64,000 bases of DNA from an uncultured Christensenella sp. (GTDB taxonomy: Bacteria; Bacillota; Clostridia; Christensenellales; UBA3700). The notes under the pieces were generated by a model. That model had not been told where the DNA came from. It saw nothing but the letters and a program-made list of their open reading frames with translations, and ran no database searches. The stretch spans positions 96,223-160,222 of the forward strand of contig CASEHD010000009.1 of the NCBI GenBank assembly GCA_949287655.1, read 5' to 3'. Shown one piece after another: positions 9,371 to 18,441 of this stretch (positions are counted from its first letter, which is position 1; each line of letters starts with the position of its first letter). A program made the position numbers and the translations under genes.

Positions 9371-10489
9371 TTACTTATCCGCAGATATGACAGCCTGACA
9401 CAGCTTTGCGATAAGGGTGTTGTCCGTTATCCGAGACAAGTCGAAATCTATATCCCCGAACACGTAGAACGGCACGTCGGCTTTGGAATGGCTTCCTTTA
9501 GTATACATATCGTCGGAAAGCCGATCCGCAGTTTCCCCGTTGTACTGCAGACCGCCCGTCTCATGGTCAGCGGTCACGATGACTATCGTGTTTCCTATCC
9601 TGTCGGCATATTCGACGACCGCTTTTATCGCGTTGTCGTACGCCTTGACGTGTTCAAGCGCGTCCGAAAGCCGATTCTCATGGCTGTATTTATCGATATG
9701 ACTTTCCTCTATCATCAGGAAAAACCCCTCCTCGTCCGCGCTTAGTATATCGAGCGCCGCGACTGCAAGCGAAGCGAGAGTGGGTTTTGTTTCGCCTCCG
9801 CTTTCAAGCGGTATTTCCTCAAACGAAGCGAATATCCTGCCGTCCGCCGAAGCTATATCCGAAAATTCGTCCACATAAGTATAGCTTTTCTCTATTCTCT
9901 CTCTGAGCGGCGCGTATCTTTCAACGTTACTGCCGAAAAACAGGTCTATCCCGCTCGCCAGCTGATCCGCGAATATCTCGTCCAGATCGTTTCTGGACGG
10001 AGCGTGCGCGGAAAAGCCCGCCGGAGTCGCGCCGTCAACGCCTTCGGTCGCGATAACGCCGGTAGCCATACCCAGCGAAATTGCGAGTTCAGTCGTCGAA
10101 GCCAGATCTTTACCTCCGTACATTGCGACTTTGCCGTTATCCGTCTTATGTCCCGTCGCGAGAGCTGTCGCAGCAGCCGCGCTGTCCGTCGGGCCGAAAA
10201 CGTCGCGGGAGAAAGTGGTCACGGAGCTTTTGTAATCTGCCTGCGTATAGAAAAACAGATCGCCGTATTTTGCGGTCGCCGCGCCGACGTGACTGAATCC
10301 CATGCCGTCTCCTATCATAAGGATAACGTTTAGCTTTTCGCCGTTGTATTCTACCGCCAGACTTTCCACGTCAGAGACTTTCGCGTAATGTGCCGCCGCC
10401 AGTCCTCCGAGAGTCGCCGCCATCGATACGATAAGCACAGCAAGGATTATCGCGGTTATCTTCAACCATTTCTTTGTCGTATTTTCCAT
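9371..10489 (-). CDS. Alkaline phosphatase (PhoA family), membrane-anchored/secreted
   Basis: Motifs: MIGDGMGFSH, the active-site region TDSAAAATALATGHKT, HIDKYSH and TADHETGG. There is an N-terminal TM/signal segment. I prefer the ATG at 10489 (GAGGTGAG RBS) over 10531. Confidence 0.85.
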   Translation of the reverse strand: MENTTKKWLKITAIILAVLIVSMAATLGGLAAAHYAKVSDVESLAVEYNGEKLNVILMIGDGMGFSHVGAATAKYGDLFFYTQADYKSSVTTFSRDVFGPTDSAAAATALATGHKTDNGKVAMYGGKDLASTTELAISLGMATGVIATEGVDGATPAGFSAHAPSRNDLDEIFADQLASGIDLFFGSNVERYAPLRERIEKSYTYVDEFSDIASADGRIFASFEEIPLESGGETKPTLASLAVAALDILSADEEGFFLMIEESHIDKYSHENRLSDALEHVKAYDNAIKAVVEYADRIGNTIVIVTADHETGGLQYNGETADRLSDDMYTKGSHSKADVPFYVFGDIDFDLSRITDNTLIAKLCQAVISADK

Positions 10490-10654
10490 AAACTCACCTC
10501 TCGCGCTAATTATACCACTTTGCGCCCTCACTTTTCAATACCGACAGGAAAAAAATAAAAGCAAAGCGCACTCTGTTTTGATTCGTCGAGCTTTTAAAGC
10601 TGTCGTCCCGTCAACTTTTATTGTTTTTAATAATGCCGTTTATCAACACGGGCA

Positions 10655-10684
10655 CGAAAAAAGCCGCGCATATCGCGCGGCTCT
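10655..10684 (-). terminator. Rho-independent terminator downstream of cysS
   Basis: The minus strand reads AGCCGCGCG-ATAT-GCGCGGCT followed by TTTTTT. Confidence 0.65.
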
Positions 10685-10703
10685 TTTAGTGCTGTCTTTA
10701 TTC

Positions 10704-12092
10704 TTAAGCCTTGCTCAGAACGTAACCGTCCTTTGTATCCGTAACGGTATATCCTGCCGCGCTTATCTTGGCGCGCAGTTCATCTGCGAGCGCGTAATTC
10801 TTTTCTTTCTTTGCGGCGGCTCTCTTTTCCGCAAGCTCCACGACTTCCGCGGGAGCGTCCGTTTTTGGCTGTTCTTCCGGCTTAGCTTTGTCGAGAGAAA
10901 GCCCGAGAACCTTGTCGAAATCGAGCGCGAGGTCGTATATATCGCGGCTTTTCGGCTCCTTGACCGCCTTCCACAGTATGCCCAGCGCGCGCGGCACGTT
11001 CAGGTCGTCGTTTATCGCTTCTACGAATTCGTCCTTATACGCCTTGATCACGCTTTCGTCCGTCTTTGCATCGCTTGCCTTGTGCTGATACAGCGCGCCG
11101 AGAAGTCGCGCGTACGAAACTTTCGCGCCGTCCATGCCGTCGAAGGTAAAATTCAGCTTTTTGCGGTAATGTGCGTTGAGGCAGAAATATCTGAAATCCA
11201 TCGCGCTGTATCCGCGTTTTTCCAGGTCGCTTATCGTATAAGTATTGCCCAGGCTCTTGCTCATCTTGCCGTTGTCTACCAGCATAAAGTCGCCGTGCAC
11301 CCAGTAATTGACCGTCTTTTTGCCGGTGATCGCCTCATTCTGCGCGATCTCGTTTTCGTGGTGGACGGGTATATGATCCACGCCGCCGGTATGGATATCG
11401 AACGGAAAGCCGAGATACTTGCGGCTTAGCGCGGAACATTCTATATGCCAGCCGGGATATCCCATACCCCACGGGCTTTTCCACTGCATTATATGGTTGG
11501 GTTCAGCCTTTTTCCATACGGCGAAATCGGCGGGGTGGCGCTTTTGGCTGTTGACCTCTACCCTGGCGCCCGCCTGCTGTTCGTCGAGGTTAAGGCGCGA
11601 CAGCTTGCCGTAACCGGGGAATTTGCTTATGTCGTAATAAATACCGTCGTCTATCTCGTACGCGTAGCCCTTGTCTATAAGCTCCTGAACGTAAGCTATC
11701 GTTTCGGGAATATGATCGGTTATCTTTTCGACTATCTCAGGTCTTCCGATGTTGAGTTTTTTCAGATCCTCAAAGAATACGCCCGCGTAAAATTCCGCGA
11801 TCTCGTACGGCGATTTTTTCTGTTCGCGCGAAGCCTTTTCCATCTTGTCCTCGCCCTCATCCTCGTCGCTGGTAAGGTGCCCGACGTCGGTGATGTTCAT
11901 CACGCCCTTCAATTTGTAGCCGTCGTATTTCAGCACGCGGCGGAACAGGTCCATAAATACGTATGTCCTCAGGTTTCCTATGTGCGCAAAGCTGTACACG
12001 GTGGGTCCGCAGCTGTACATACAGACCTTGCCTTCTTTTATCGGTTTAAATTCCTCTTTTTTCCTTGTAAGAGTATTGTATATTTTCAGCAT
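10704..12092 (-). CDS. cysS: Cysteine--tRNA ligase
   Basis: Class I motifs HIGNLRT (HIGH) and KMSKS. Also CGPTVYSFAHIGN and HIECSA. I prefer the ATG at 12092 with an AAGGAGAGG RBS. Confidence 0.95.
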   Translation of the reverse strand: MLKIYNTLTRKKEEFKPIKEGKVCMYSCGPTVYSFAHIGNLRTYVFMDLFRRVLKYDGYKLKGVMNITDVGHLTSDEDEGEDKMEKASREQKKSPYEIAEFYAGVFFEDLKKLNIGRPEIVEKITDHIPETIAYVQELIDKGYAYEIDDGIYYDISKFPGYGKLSRLNLDEQQAGARVEVNSQKRHPADFAVWKKAEPNHIMQWKSPWGMGYPGWHIECSALSRKYLGFPFDIHTGGVDHIPVHHENEIAQNEAITGKKTVNYWVHGDFMLVDNGKMSKSLGNTYTISDLEKRGYSAMDFRYFCLNAHYRKKLNFTFDGMDGAKVSYARLLGALYQHKASDAKTDESVIKAYKDEFVEAINDDLNVPRALGILWKAVKEPKSRDIYDLALDFDKVLGLSLDKAKPEEQPKTDAPAEVVELAEKRAAAKKEKNYALADELRAKISAAGYTVTDTKDGYVLSKA

Positions 12093-12119
12093 AACCTCTC
12101 CTTCCCGCAAAGCGGAAAA

Positions 12120-12818
12120 TTATTCTTTTATATCTTTGTTTATCGTATCGTCGTTTTTAATATCGTCGTTGTCGTTGGTTATCGAATAGCGGCAGCCCTT
12201 GACGTCAAGCGCGTCTTCGAGGACCGCGATGCGCTTATTCAGCCTTTGGATCTCTTCGAGTATCGGGTCGGGCAGCTTCTGCTGGTCGAGGTCTTCAACC
12301 CTCTCGTTGTACTGCTTTACGACCCTTCCCGGAACGCCGACGACCGTGCAGTGAGGCGGCACGTCCTTGAGGACGACGCTGCCCGCGCCTATCTTGCTGT
12401 CGTGGCCTATCGTTATCGCGCCCAGAACTTTCGCGCCGCTGCTTATCATGACGTTGTCCTCTATCGTCGGGTGGCGCTTGCCGGTCTGCTTGCCGGTACC
12501 GCCCAGCGTAACGCCCTGATATATCACGACGTGAGTGCCGACTTTCGCCGTCTCGCCGATGACCACTCCCACGCCGTGGTCGATGAATACGCCTCCCGCG
12601 ATATCCGCCGCGGGGTGTATGTCGACGCCCGTCTTTTTGCGAGTGCCCTTTGCTATTAAAAACGCAAAAAACTTGCATCCGTGTTTATAAAACCAATGCG
12701 CGAACCTGTGTCTGAAAAGCGCGTTGAAGCCGCCGTATGTCCAGAAAACAGTCCATTTGCTGGTCGCCGCGGGATCGTTCTCCATCGCGAATTCAAGGTC
12801 CATTTTTATCTTTCCCAT
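12120..12818 (-). CDS. cysE: Serine O-acetyltransferase
   Basis: Contains the N-terminal SAT helical region and left-handed beta-helix hexapeptide repeats (GVFIDHGVGVVIGETAKVGTHVVIYQGVTLGG...IGAGSVVLKDVP). It lies directly upstream of cysS, as in Bacillus-type cysE-cysS operons. Confidence 0.9.
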   Translation of the reverse strand: MGKIKMDLEFAMENDPAATSKWTVFWTYGGFNALFRHRFAHWFYKHGCKFFAFLIAKGTRKKTGVDIHPAADIAGGVFIDHGVGVVIGETAKVGTHVVIYQGVTLGGTGKQTGKRHPTIEDNVMISSGAKVLGAITIGHDSKIGAGSVVLKDVPPHCTVVGVPGRVVKQYNERVEDLDQQKLPDPILEEIQRLNKRIAVLEDALDVKGCRYSITNDNDDIKNDDTINKDIKE

Positions 12819-12844
12819 TTATATCTCCTTTTCACGCCTTTCGT

Positions 12845-13080
12845 GTAAAAATAAAAAAGACGTCTTTGAAAATTCAAAGACGCCGTAGCGCGGTTCCACT
12901 CTGATTGCAGATATCTCTGCCTCTCAACGTCTTTAACGGGACTGCCCGTCGCGGCATTTCCTCCGCGAAGCTACCGCCTGCACTTCGCGCGCTTCGTCTG
13001 CAAAGGGCTTTCAGCCGCCGACCCTTCTCTCTGTCGCATCCTCCGCGCGTTACTCTTGACGGAATAACGCCTGTATTTAT
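12845..13080 (-). promoter_or_regulatory. T-box riboswitch leader, cysteine specifier (UGC)
   Basis: Minus-strand elements, in order: the AGAGA box; GAAG-UGC-A specifier context (UGC at 12982-12980); F-box CCGUUA (12939-12934); and T-box AAUCAGAGUGGAACCGCGC (12906-12888). The terminator hairpin GACGUCUUUGAA/UUCAAAGACG plus a U-run (12884-12850) competes with the T-box. All of this sits upstream of cysE. Confidence 0.85.
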
Positions 13081-13086
13081 ATATGC

Positions 13087-13115
13087 AGTATAAAATAATT
13101 AAGTGATTATGTCAA
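13087..13115 (-). promoter_or_regulatory. Sigma-A type promoter driving the T-box-cysE-cysS transcript
   Basis: Minus strand reads TTGACA (13115-13110), 17 nt, TATACT (13092-13087). Confidence 0.6.
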
Positions 13116-13197
13116 GCGTTGAGAGCGTTTTGTCCGGCGAGGCAACGCCTCTTTCCCACGTTTTTTCCGCCGCCATCCCGTTACCCGCGCGGCTTTA

Positions 13198-13226
13198 TTG
13201 CTTTTTCTCACCCGTTGTGTTATAAT
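13198..13226 (+). promoter_or_regulatory. Sigma-A type promoter with extended -10, upstream of the ATP-grasp gene
   Basis: TTGCTT, 17 nt, then TGtTATAAT (the TATAAT is at 13221-13226). Confidence 0.5.
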
Positions 13227-13253
13227 CCGTCTTAAAGAACGCCGGGGTGGAAG

Positions 13254-14138
13254 ATGAAAAAAGGAATAATACTCGTCAACTCTTATTACGACCTGCCTGC
13301 CTACCTTAATCAGGCGTACAGGTTAAGAGAGGAATTAAGCAGGATCGGAATAACCGCGGATATCGTGACAAGCGACAAGCCGGGGCTTTTTATTTACGAC
13401 GGAAAAATAACGCTGCCAGGCGGGCTGCCCGACTTCTGCATATATTACGACAAGGACAAGTACCTGTCCGAAATGCTCGAAAAGGCGGGCGTAAGGCTGT
13501 TCAATCCGCACGCCGCGATATCCGTCTGCGACGACAAGACGACGACCCTCGTCGCGCTGGCGGGTCACGGGATACCCATGCCCGACACGGTAAGCGGACT
13601 TTTGTGCTTCACCCCCGAAAAGCAGGTAAGCAAAGAGATGCTCGACAATATCGAAAAGACTCTTGGCTACCCGCTGATAGCCAAGGAAAGCTTCGGTTCT
13701 CTCGGTAAGGGAGTATACAAGATAGACGACCGCGGAAAGCTGGAGAGGATCGCCGAAAAACTCAAGACAAAACCCCACCTGTATCAGAAATATATAGCCT
13801 CAAGCTACGGCAGAGATATGCGCGTGATCGTCGTCGGCGGCAGAACGGTCGCCGCGATGACAAGACGCTCAAACGGCGACTTCCGCTCCAATATAGAGCT
13901 GGGCGGCAAGGGTGAAAAACTCGACGCCGACGAAAACCTGAAAGCGCTTTCCGAAAAAGTCGCCCGCCTTTTAAACCTCGACTACTGCGGGATAGACTGG
14001 CTGTTCGGCGAAAACGACGAGCCTGTGCTGTGCGAAGTCAACTCCAACGCGTTCTTCGGCGGCATAGAAAGCGTGACCGGCGTAAACGTCGCGAAAGCGT
14101 ACGCGGAGCACGTTGCAAAAACCGTATACGGTAAATAA
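13254..14138 (+). CDS. RimK-family ATP-grasp ligase (alpha-L-glutamate ligase-like)
   Basis: 294 aa with ATP-grasp organisation (DDKTTTLVALAGHGIPMPDT...GYPLIAKESFGSLGKGVYKI...YQKYIASSYGRDMRVIVVGG...DYCGIDWLF...LCEVNSNA). Confidence 0.7.
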   Translation: MKKGIILVNSYYDLPAYLNQAYRLREELSRIGITADIVTSDKPGLFIYDGKITLPGGLPDFCIYYDKDKYLSEMLEKAGVRLFNPHAAISVCDDKTTTLVALAGHGIPMPDTVSGLLCFTPEKQVSKEMLDNIEKTLGYPLIAKESFGSLGKGVYKIDDRGKLERIAEKLKTKPHLYQKYIASSYGRDMRVIVVGGRTVAAMTRRSNGDFRSNIELGGKGEKLDADENLKALSEKVARLLNLDYCGIDWLFGENDEPVLCEVNSNAFFGGIESVTGVNVAKAYAEHVAKTVYGK

Positions 14139-14169
14139 ATACACAATCGTTTAATAAGTCTCTTCAACA

Positions 14170-14192
14170 CCCGCCTTACATGCGGGCTTTTT
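14170..14192 (+). terminator. Rho-independent terminator
   Basis: CCCGC-CTTACAT-GCGGG followed by CTTTTT. Confidence 0.6.
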
Positions 14193-14309
14193 CATTTTGT
14201 GAATAAAAAATCTGAAAAGTCCTATTGTACCCGCATACCCGTCTATGATATAATTTTGATATAGCGTACGCGCGCAATACGCTGTCGCGCGCGACCCGGA
14301 GGTATAAAT

Positions 14310-17255
14310 ATGGGTATGGATAAACCCTTTATAAAAAGAGCGATCGCAACCCCCAATCACGTTGCGAATATCCTTAACATCAAGAGTCGCTGTTACACGA
14401 AGATAGCGGATCTCAAAGCCGAAGTCATAAAAAGCGACGAGCCGATACGCTTCGAGGACCTGGACAAAAACGCGTTTAAGCCCGCGCATATCATGGAAAA
14501 ATGGGCGGACAAGTTCGGTTGCGCCTGGTTCCGTTTCACAGGAAAGGTGCCTGAGACAGCGAAAGGTTCTCACGTCGTTTTAAGAATAAAACTGCAGGGC
14601 GAAGGTCTCGTGTTCAACGAGGACGGAATAGTCCTGCAAGGCATCACGCAGATCGTCAGCAAGGGCGATATCTTCCACTCGCTGGTCGGCAAACAGGTCG
14701 TCGACGTTGCGGACTGCTCCACCGGCAATGAGGAGATAAAGCTGTATGTCGACGCGGGTTTCAACGGCAAACTTCGCTTTGAAAAACTGGTCGCAAGACT
14801 GCGCCGCTGCGACATAAGCATCTTAAACGAGGCGGTCAATCAATATTATTACGACTATATCGACCTGTATTTCACGATGCTGAAGCTGGACAAATCCAAC
14901 CCGCGCACGGCGGAGATAGACAAGGTTCTCAAAGACTCCTTCAAGGCGTTCAAAAAGAACGGCGCGACGGCGGCGAGAGAGATACTTAAGCCGCAGTTCG
15001 AAAAACCCGTATTCGACAAACAGACCGAATATTACTGCATAGGTCACGCGCATATAGACCTCGCGTGGCTGTGGCCTTTGAGAGAGACAAAGCGCAAAGT
15101 CGCGAGAACGTTCGCAAATCAGCTCAGAAACATAAAAAAATACGACGATTTCATATTCGCCGAATCCCAGCCCCAGATGTGGGTATGGCTCAAAGAGGGC
15201 TACCCCGACCTGTACGAAAAGGCGAAAAAGGCTGTTGAGGACGGCAGGATAGAGCTTCAAGGCAAGATGTGGGTCGAAAGCGATACCAATCTGACCGGCG
15301 GCGAAAGCTGGATAAGGCAGTCTCTTTACGGCGATAAGTTCTGGAAACAGGAGTTCGGCAAGGATATCAACCTGTGCTGGCTGCCCGACGTCTTCGGATT
15401 CCCCGCATCCCTTCCGCAGGTCATTAAAGGCTGCGGCATGGACTATTTCATGACGATAAAGATTCTCAGCAACACCGTCAACCAGTTCCCCTATAAGACT
15501 TTCAACTGGGTGGGCATAGACGGCACGACGCTGCTCGCGCATATGGAGCCTCTCGGCGACTACAACGCGGGCGCATCCCCTCTTGCGATATTCAAAGGCA
15601 ATATGCGCAATACGGAAAAGGACATAATCCCCAAAGCGCTGCTGATATACGGCGACGGCGACGGCGGCGGCGGTCCGGGCGAAGGTCATATCGAATATGT
15701 CAAGAGACATAAAAAGCTGTTCAACTGCAAGGTCAGCAAGTCAATAAGCCTGTTTGAAGACTTAGAGCCTTACCGCGAGATAATGCCGACGCATAAGGGC
15801 GAATTGTATTATGAACGTCACCAGGGCAGCTACACCTCTCAGGCGCGCTCCAAAAAATTCAACCGCAAGATCGAATATCTGCTCCACAAGGTGGAGTGGC
15901 TGGGCGCGGTCGCAAAACTGAGCGGCGCAAAATACGATTTCGACGAGATGGAAGAGATATGGAAAGAGATCCTTCTCTATCAATTCCACGACATACTGCC
16001 CGGCACTTCTATAAAGAGAGTTTACGACGAAAGCCTCGCAAGGTATCAGATAATTTCCGACCGCCTGGACGAAATGGCGAAAAATATCTTGCTCGCGGGC
16101 AAAGAAGAAGGGACGCTTTCCGCGCTCAACCCGACAAACTTCGAAAGAACGGAATGGGTCAAAAACGGCGACGACTGGTATAAGCTGACCCTTGCGCCGT
16201 ACAGCGTGAGCAAGCTGCCCGAAGCGGCTGTTCCCGATTCTTCCTCCCTCTCATTCGACGACTATACGTTGCAGAATTCCCGCGTCCGCGTCGTGTTCGA
16301 CACGAACGGCGAGATAACCTCTCTGTACGACAAAGAGGGCGACAAGGAGATCGTCGGCAAGTACTTCAATAAGTTCACGATATACAGCGACCCGTTTATG
16401 TACTACAACGCGTGGGACATAAATATCCATTATCAGGAGATGAAAAAGTGGGATATGAAACTGGTCGGCGTGCGTTCTTATATCGACGGCGCGAAAGTCG
16501 TCAGAGAACAGACCTTCAAGTACGATAAATCCACGCTCGTGCAGAAGATATCCCTTACCGTCGACGACAATATGGTCAGATTCGATACGACCGTCGACTG
16601 GGACGAACGCTTCAAGATGCTGAGAGCGGACTTTATCCCCGCATTCTTCGCGGACGAGGTCAACTGCGACATTCAGTTCGGCACCTTCAACCGCACGACA
16701 AAACAGGAAAACAGCGTGGACTGGGCGCAGTTCGAGATATGCGCGCATAAGTACGTGAATATCGACGGTCCCGACTACGGCTTCGCGCTGATAAACGACT
16801 GTAAGTACGGTCACCGCGCGAAAGACGGCTTCCTCAGCCTGTGCCTGCTCCGTTCGCCCGAATTCCCCGACCCTACCTGCGACATCTGCACGCATACGTT
16901 CAGCTACGCTATACTGCCGCACAAAGCGCCGCTTACCCAAAGCGACGTACAGGCGCGCGCGTACTGTTTCAACCAGCCGATAGAGATCGTCGAAGCGGCG
17001 AATCCCGTAAACACATTCGCGACCACGGACGGAGACGGCGTTATCATCGAAACGGTCAAACCCGCCGAAAGCGGCGAAGGCACTCTGCTCAGAATATACG
17101 AGTGCAAGGGTAAGAACTGCACGGTGAAGCTTACCCCGAACGTAAAATTCAAAAAGGCGTACGACTGCGACATGCTCGAAAATATCAAAGGCGAGACGGA
17201 TATAGACAAGCTCATATTCCGTCCATGGGAGATAAAGACGATAATAATTAAATAA
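14310..17255 (+). CDS. Glycoside hydrolase family 38 alpha-mannosidase
   Basis: 981 aa. It has the GH38 N-terminal catalytic signature CIGHAHIDLAWLWPLRETKRK. DVFGF and YGDGDGGGGPG are also present, and the length and architecture are typical of cytoplasmic bacterial GH38 enzymes. Confidence 0.85.
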   Translation: MGMDKPFIKRAIATPNHVANILNIKSRCYTKIADLKAEVIKSDEPIRFEDLDKNAFKPAHIMEKWADKFGCAWFRFTGKVPETAKGSHVVLRIKLQGEGLVFNEDGIVLQGITQIVSKGDIFHSLVGKQVVDVADCSTGNEEIKLYVDAGFNGKLRFEKLVARLRRCDISILNEAVNQYYYDYIDLYFTMLKLDKSNPRTAEIDKVLKDSFKAFKKNGATAAREILKPQFEKPVFDKQTEYYCIGHAHIDLAWLWPLRETKRKVARTFANQLRNIKKYDDFIFAESQPQMWVWLKEGYPDLYEKAKKAVEDGRIELQGKMWVESDTNLTGGESWIRQSLYGDKFWKQEFGKDINLCWLPDVFGFPASLPQVIKGCGMDYFMTIKILSNTVNQFPYKTFNWVGIDGTTLLAHMEPLGDYNAGASPLAIFKGNMRNTEKDIIPKALLIYGDGDGGGGPGEGHIEYVKRHKKLFNCKVSKSISLFEDLEPYREIMPTHKGELYYERHQGSYTSQARSKKFNRKIEYLLHKVEWLGAVAKLSGAKYDFDEMEEIWKEILLYQFHDILPGTSIKRVYDESLARYQIISDRLDEMAKNILLAGKEEGTLSALNPTNFERTEWVKNGDDWYKLTLAPYSVSKLPEAAVPDSSSLSFDDYTLQNSRVRVVFDTNGEITSLYDKEGDKEIVGKYFNKFTIYSDPFMYYNAWDINIHYQEMKKWDMKLVGVRSYIDGAKVVREQTFKYDKSTLVQKISLTVDDNMVRFDTTVDWDERFKMLRADFIPAFFADEVNCDIQFGTFNRTTKQENSVDWAQFEICAHKYVNIDGPDYGFALINDCKYGHRAKDGFLSLCLLRSPEFPDPTCDICTHTFSYAILPHKAPLTQSDVQARAYCFNQPIEIVEAANPVNTFATTDGDGVIIETVKPAESGEGTLLRIYECKGKNCTVKLTPNVKFKKAYDCDMLENIKGETDIDKLIFRPWEIKTIIIK

Positions 17256-17369
17256 CTTACCGACTAACAAAAAAACACAACCGCCGCGGTTTTGATGTGT
17301 ACCCCGAAAGTCAGACACTTTTGGAGGTGCATATTTCATGGCAAAAAAGGACAAGAACACGAGAAGTAT

Positions 17370-17510
17370 ACCAGACCGGAATAATACGAACAAGGTTTAA
17401 AGCGGCAAATTTTCGTAGCTACTGCGTTAAATGCCTTGATAATATGTCTGATATTACCTGCGGAATTTGCCTTTTATCAACAAAAATTTGCCGGCTTAAA
17501 ACTGCATGCA
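17370..17510. repeat. Copy A of a 141-nt tandemly duplicated intergenic element
   Basis: Near-identical to 17578-17718 (period 208 nt). It contains GGCAAATT at 17404-17411 and its complement AATTTGCC at 17464-17471 and 17485-17492. It also has the palindrome GTAGCTAC (17415-17422) and the hairpin TAATAT-GTCTG-ATATTA. Confidence 0.85.
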
Positions 17511-17577
17511 CCCTCAGGCGATGATTTTTAGTGTGTGTTTCAGCGAGGCGAACGCAGATAATATTATAATATTTTCA

Positions 17578-17718
17578 ACCAGACCAGAATAATACGAACC
17601 TGGTTTAAAGCGGCAAATTTTCGCAGCTGCTGTGTTAAATACCTTGCTAATATGTCTGATATTACCTGCGGAATTTGCCTTTTATCAACAAAAATTTGCC
17701 GGCTTTAAACTGCATACA
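17578..17718. repeat. Copy B of the 141-nt tandemly duplicated intergenic element
   Basis: Aligns base for base with copy A, with roughly 12 substitutions and no indels. The palindrome here is GCAGCTGC (17623-17630). A TATAAT lies about 7 nt upstream of the element. Confidence 0.85.
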
Positions 17719-17845
17719 CTCTAAGGATTTCGACAACGTGAATTTAAAACGCATTACGGCAAACTCTTGATAATTTAAAGATAAACAGCCGGACTCACGC
17801 CGGCGCGGAAAACGCGTTCACGGCTCCGCCCCGTCCGCGCCTTTT

Positions 17846-17876
17846 AAAAACAAAAAGAGGAGACTTCCGTCTCCCC
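17846..17876 (-). terminator. Rho-independent terminator of the nfeD-floA operon
   Basis: The minus strand reads GGAGAC-GGAA-GTCTCC followed by TCTTTTTGTTTTT. Confidence 0.7.
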
Positions 17877-17895
17877 GAATTTTCGCTTTTACTTC

Positions 17896-18441
17896 TTATT
17901 TTTTATACGCCGGGTCGTTGATTACCTCACCCAGGATTATCGCCTTCCTTACGTCGTCCGGGCTTATCACCATTTTGCCGCCGCCGTTTTCCTGCTCGTT
18001 TATCTTGACGAAACGCAGGTTGTAATGCTCGCGGCAGCCTTCGTCGCTTTCGCCGCCTATGCTGCCGGAAACGGGTACCTTTTCGACGATGTACAAGTCC
18101 TCGTCCTCATGGGAATCAACGTCGCAATGCTTGTCGTGGTGCGAGCTCGTTACGCCTACGACCTCGGCGGACGTATGCACCCCGGGGCGATTTTCGACAA
18201 GGTCGGTACCCTTAACGGGACGCGCGGGCTTAACGTACTTTCTGACGGAAGCCTTCTTTACGGCTGCCGTATTTGCAGGTTCTGCAAACGGATCGCCGTC
18301 AAGCCGCGGACGCGCGTTCTGCGCGCCCGCGGTCTGATTGTTTTTCTTCTTTTTCCCCGACTTTACCGACGCGGTTATCATGATCGAGAAAAAGACCACG
18401 AGAAACGCGACGAATATCGGTATAAAAGTACCCAGCGTCAT
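17896..18441 (-). CDS. Membrane-anchored hypothetical protein, third gene of the flotillin operon (positional equivalent of yqfB)
   Basis: 181 aa with an N-terminal TM ([22 protein letters not shown]) followed by a basic stretch. The C-terminal half is rich in His/Asp/Glu/Cys. The ATGA overlap with the floA stop indicates translational coupling. I recognise no family. Confidence 0.55.
   Translation of the reverse strand: MTLGTFIPIFVAFLVVFFSIMITASVKSGKKKKNNQTAGAQNARPRLDGDPFAEPANTAAVKKASVRKYVKPARPVKGTDLVENRPGVHTSAEVVGVTSSHHDKHCDVDSHEDEDLYIVEKVPVSGSIGGESDEGCREHYNLRFVKINEQENGGGKMVISPDDVRKAIILGEVINDPAYKK

Noticed and set aside
11445-12659. 404-aa plus-strand ORF spanning the cysS/cysE region
   Set aside because: It crosses the boundary of two well-supported minus-strand genes (HIGH/KMSKS; hexapeptide repeats), so it is a shadow ORF.
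17370-17718. Possible CRISPR array or coding repeat (75-aa ORF 17297-17524)
   Set aside because: There are only two units of 141 nt separated by 67 nt, with no short repeat/spacer periodicity and no cas genes. The 75-aa ORF is not maintained in copy B, where a stop is in frame.
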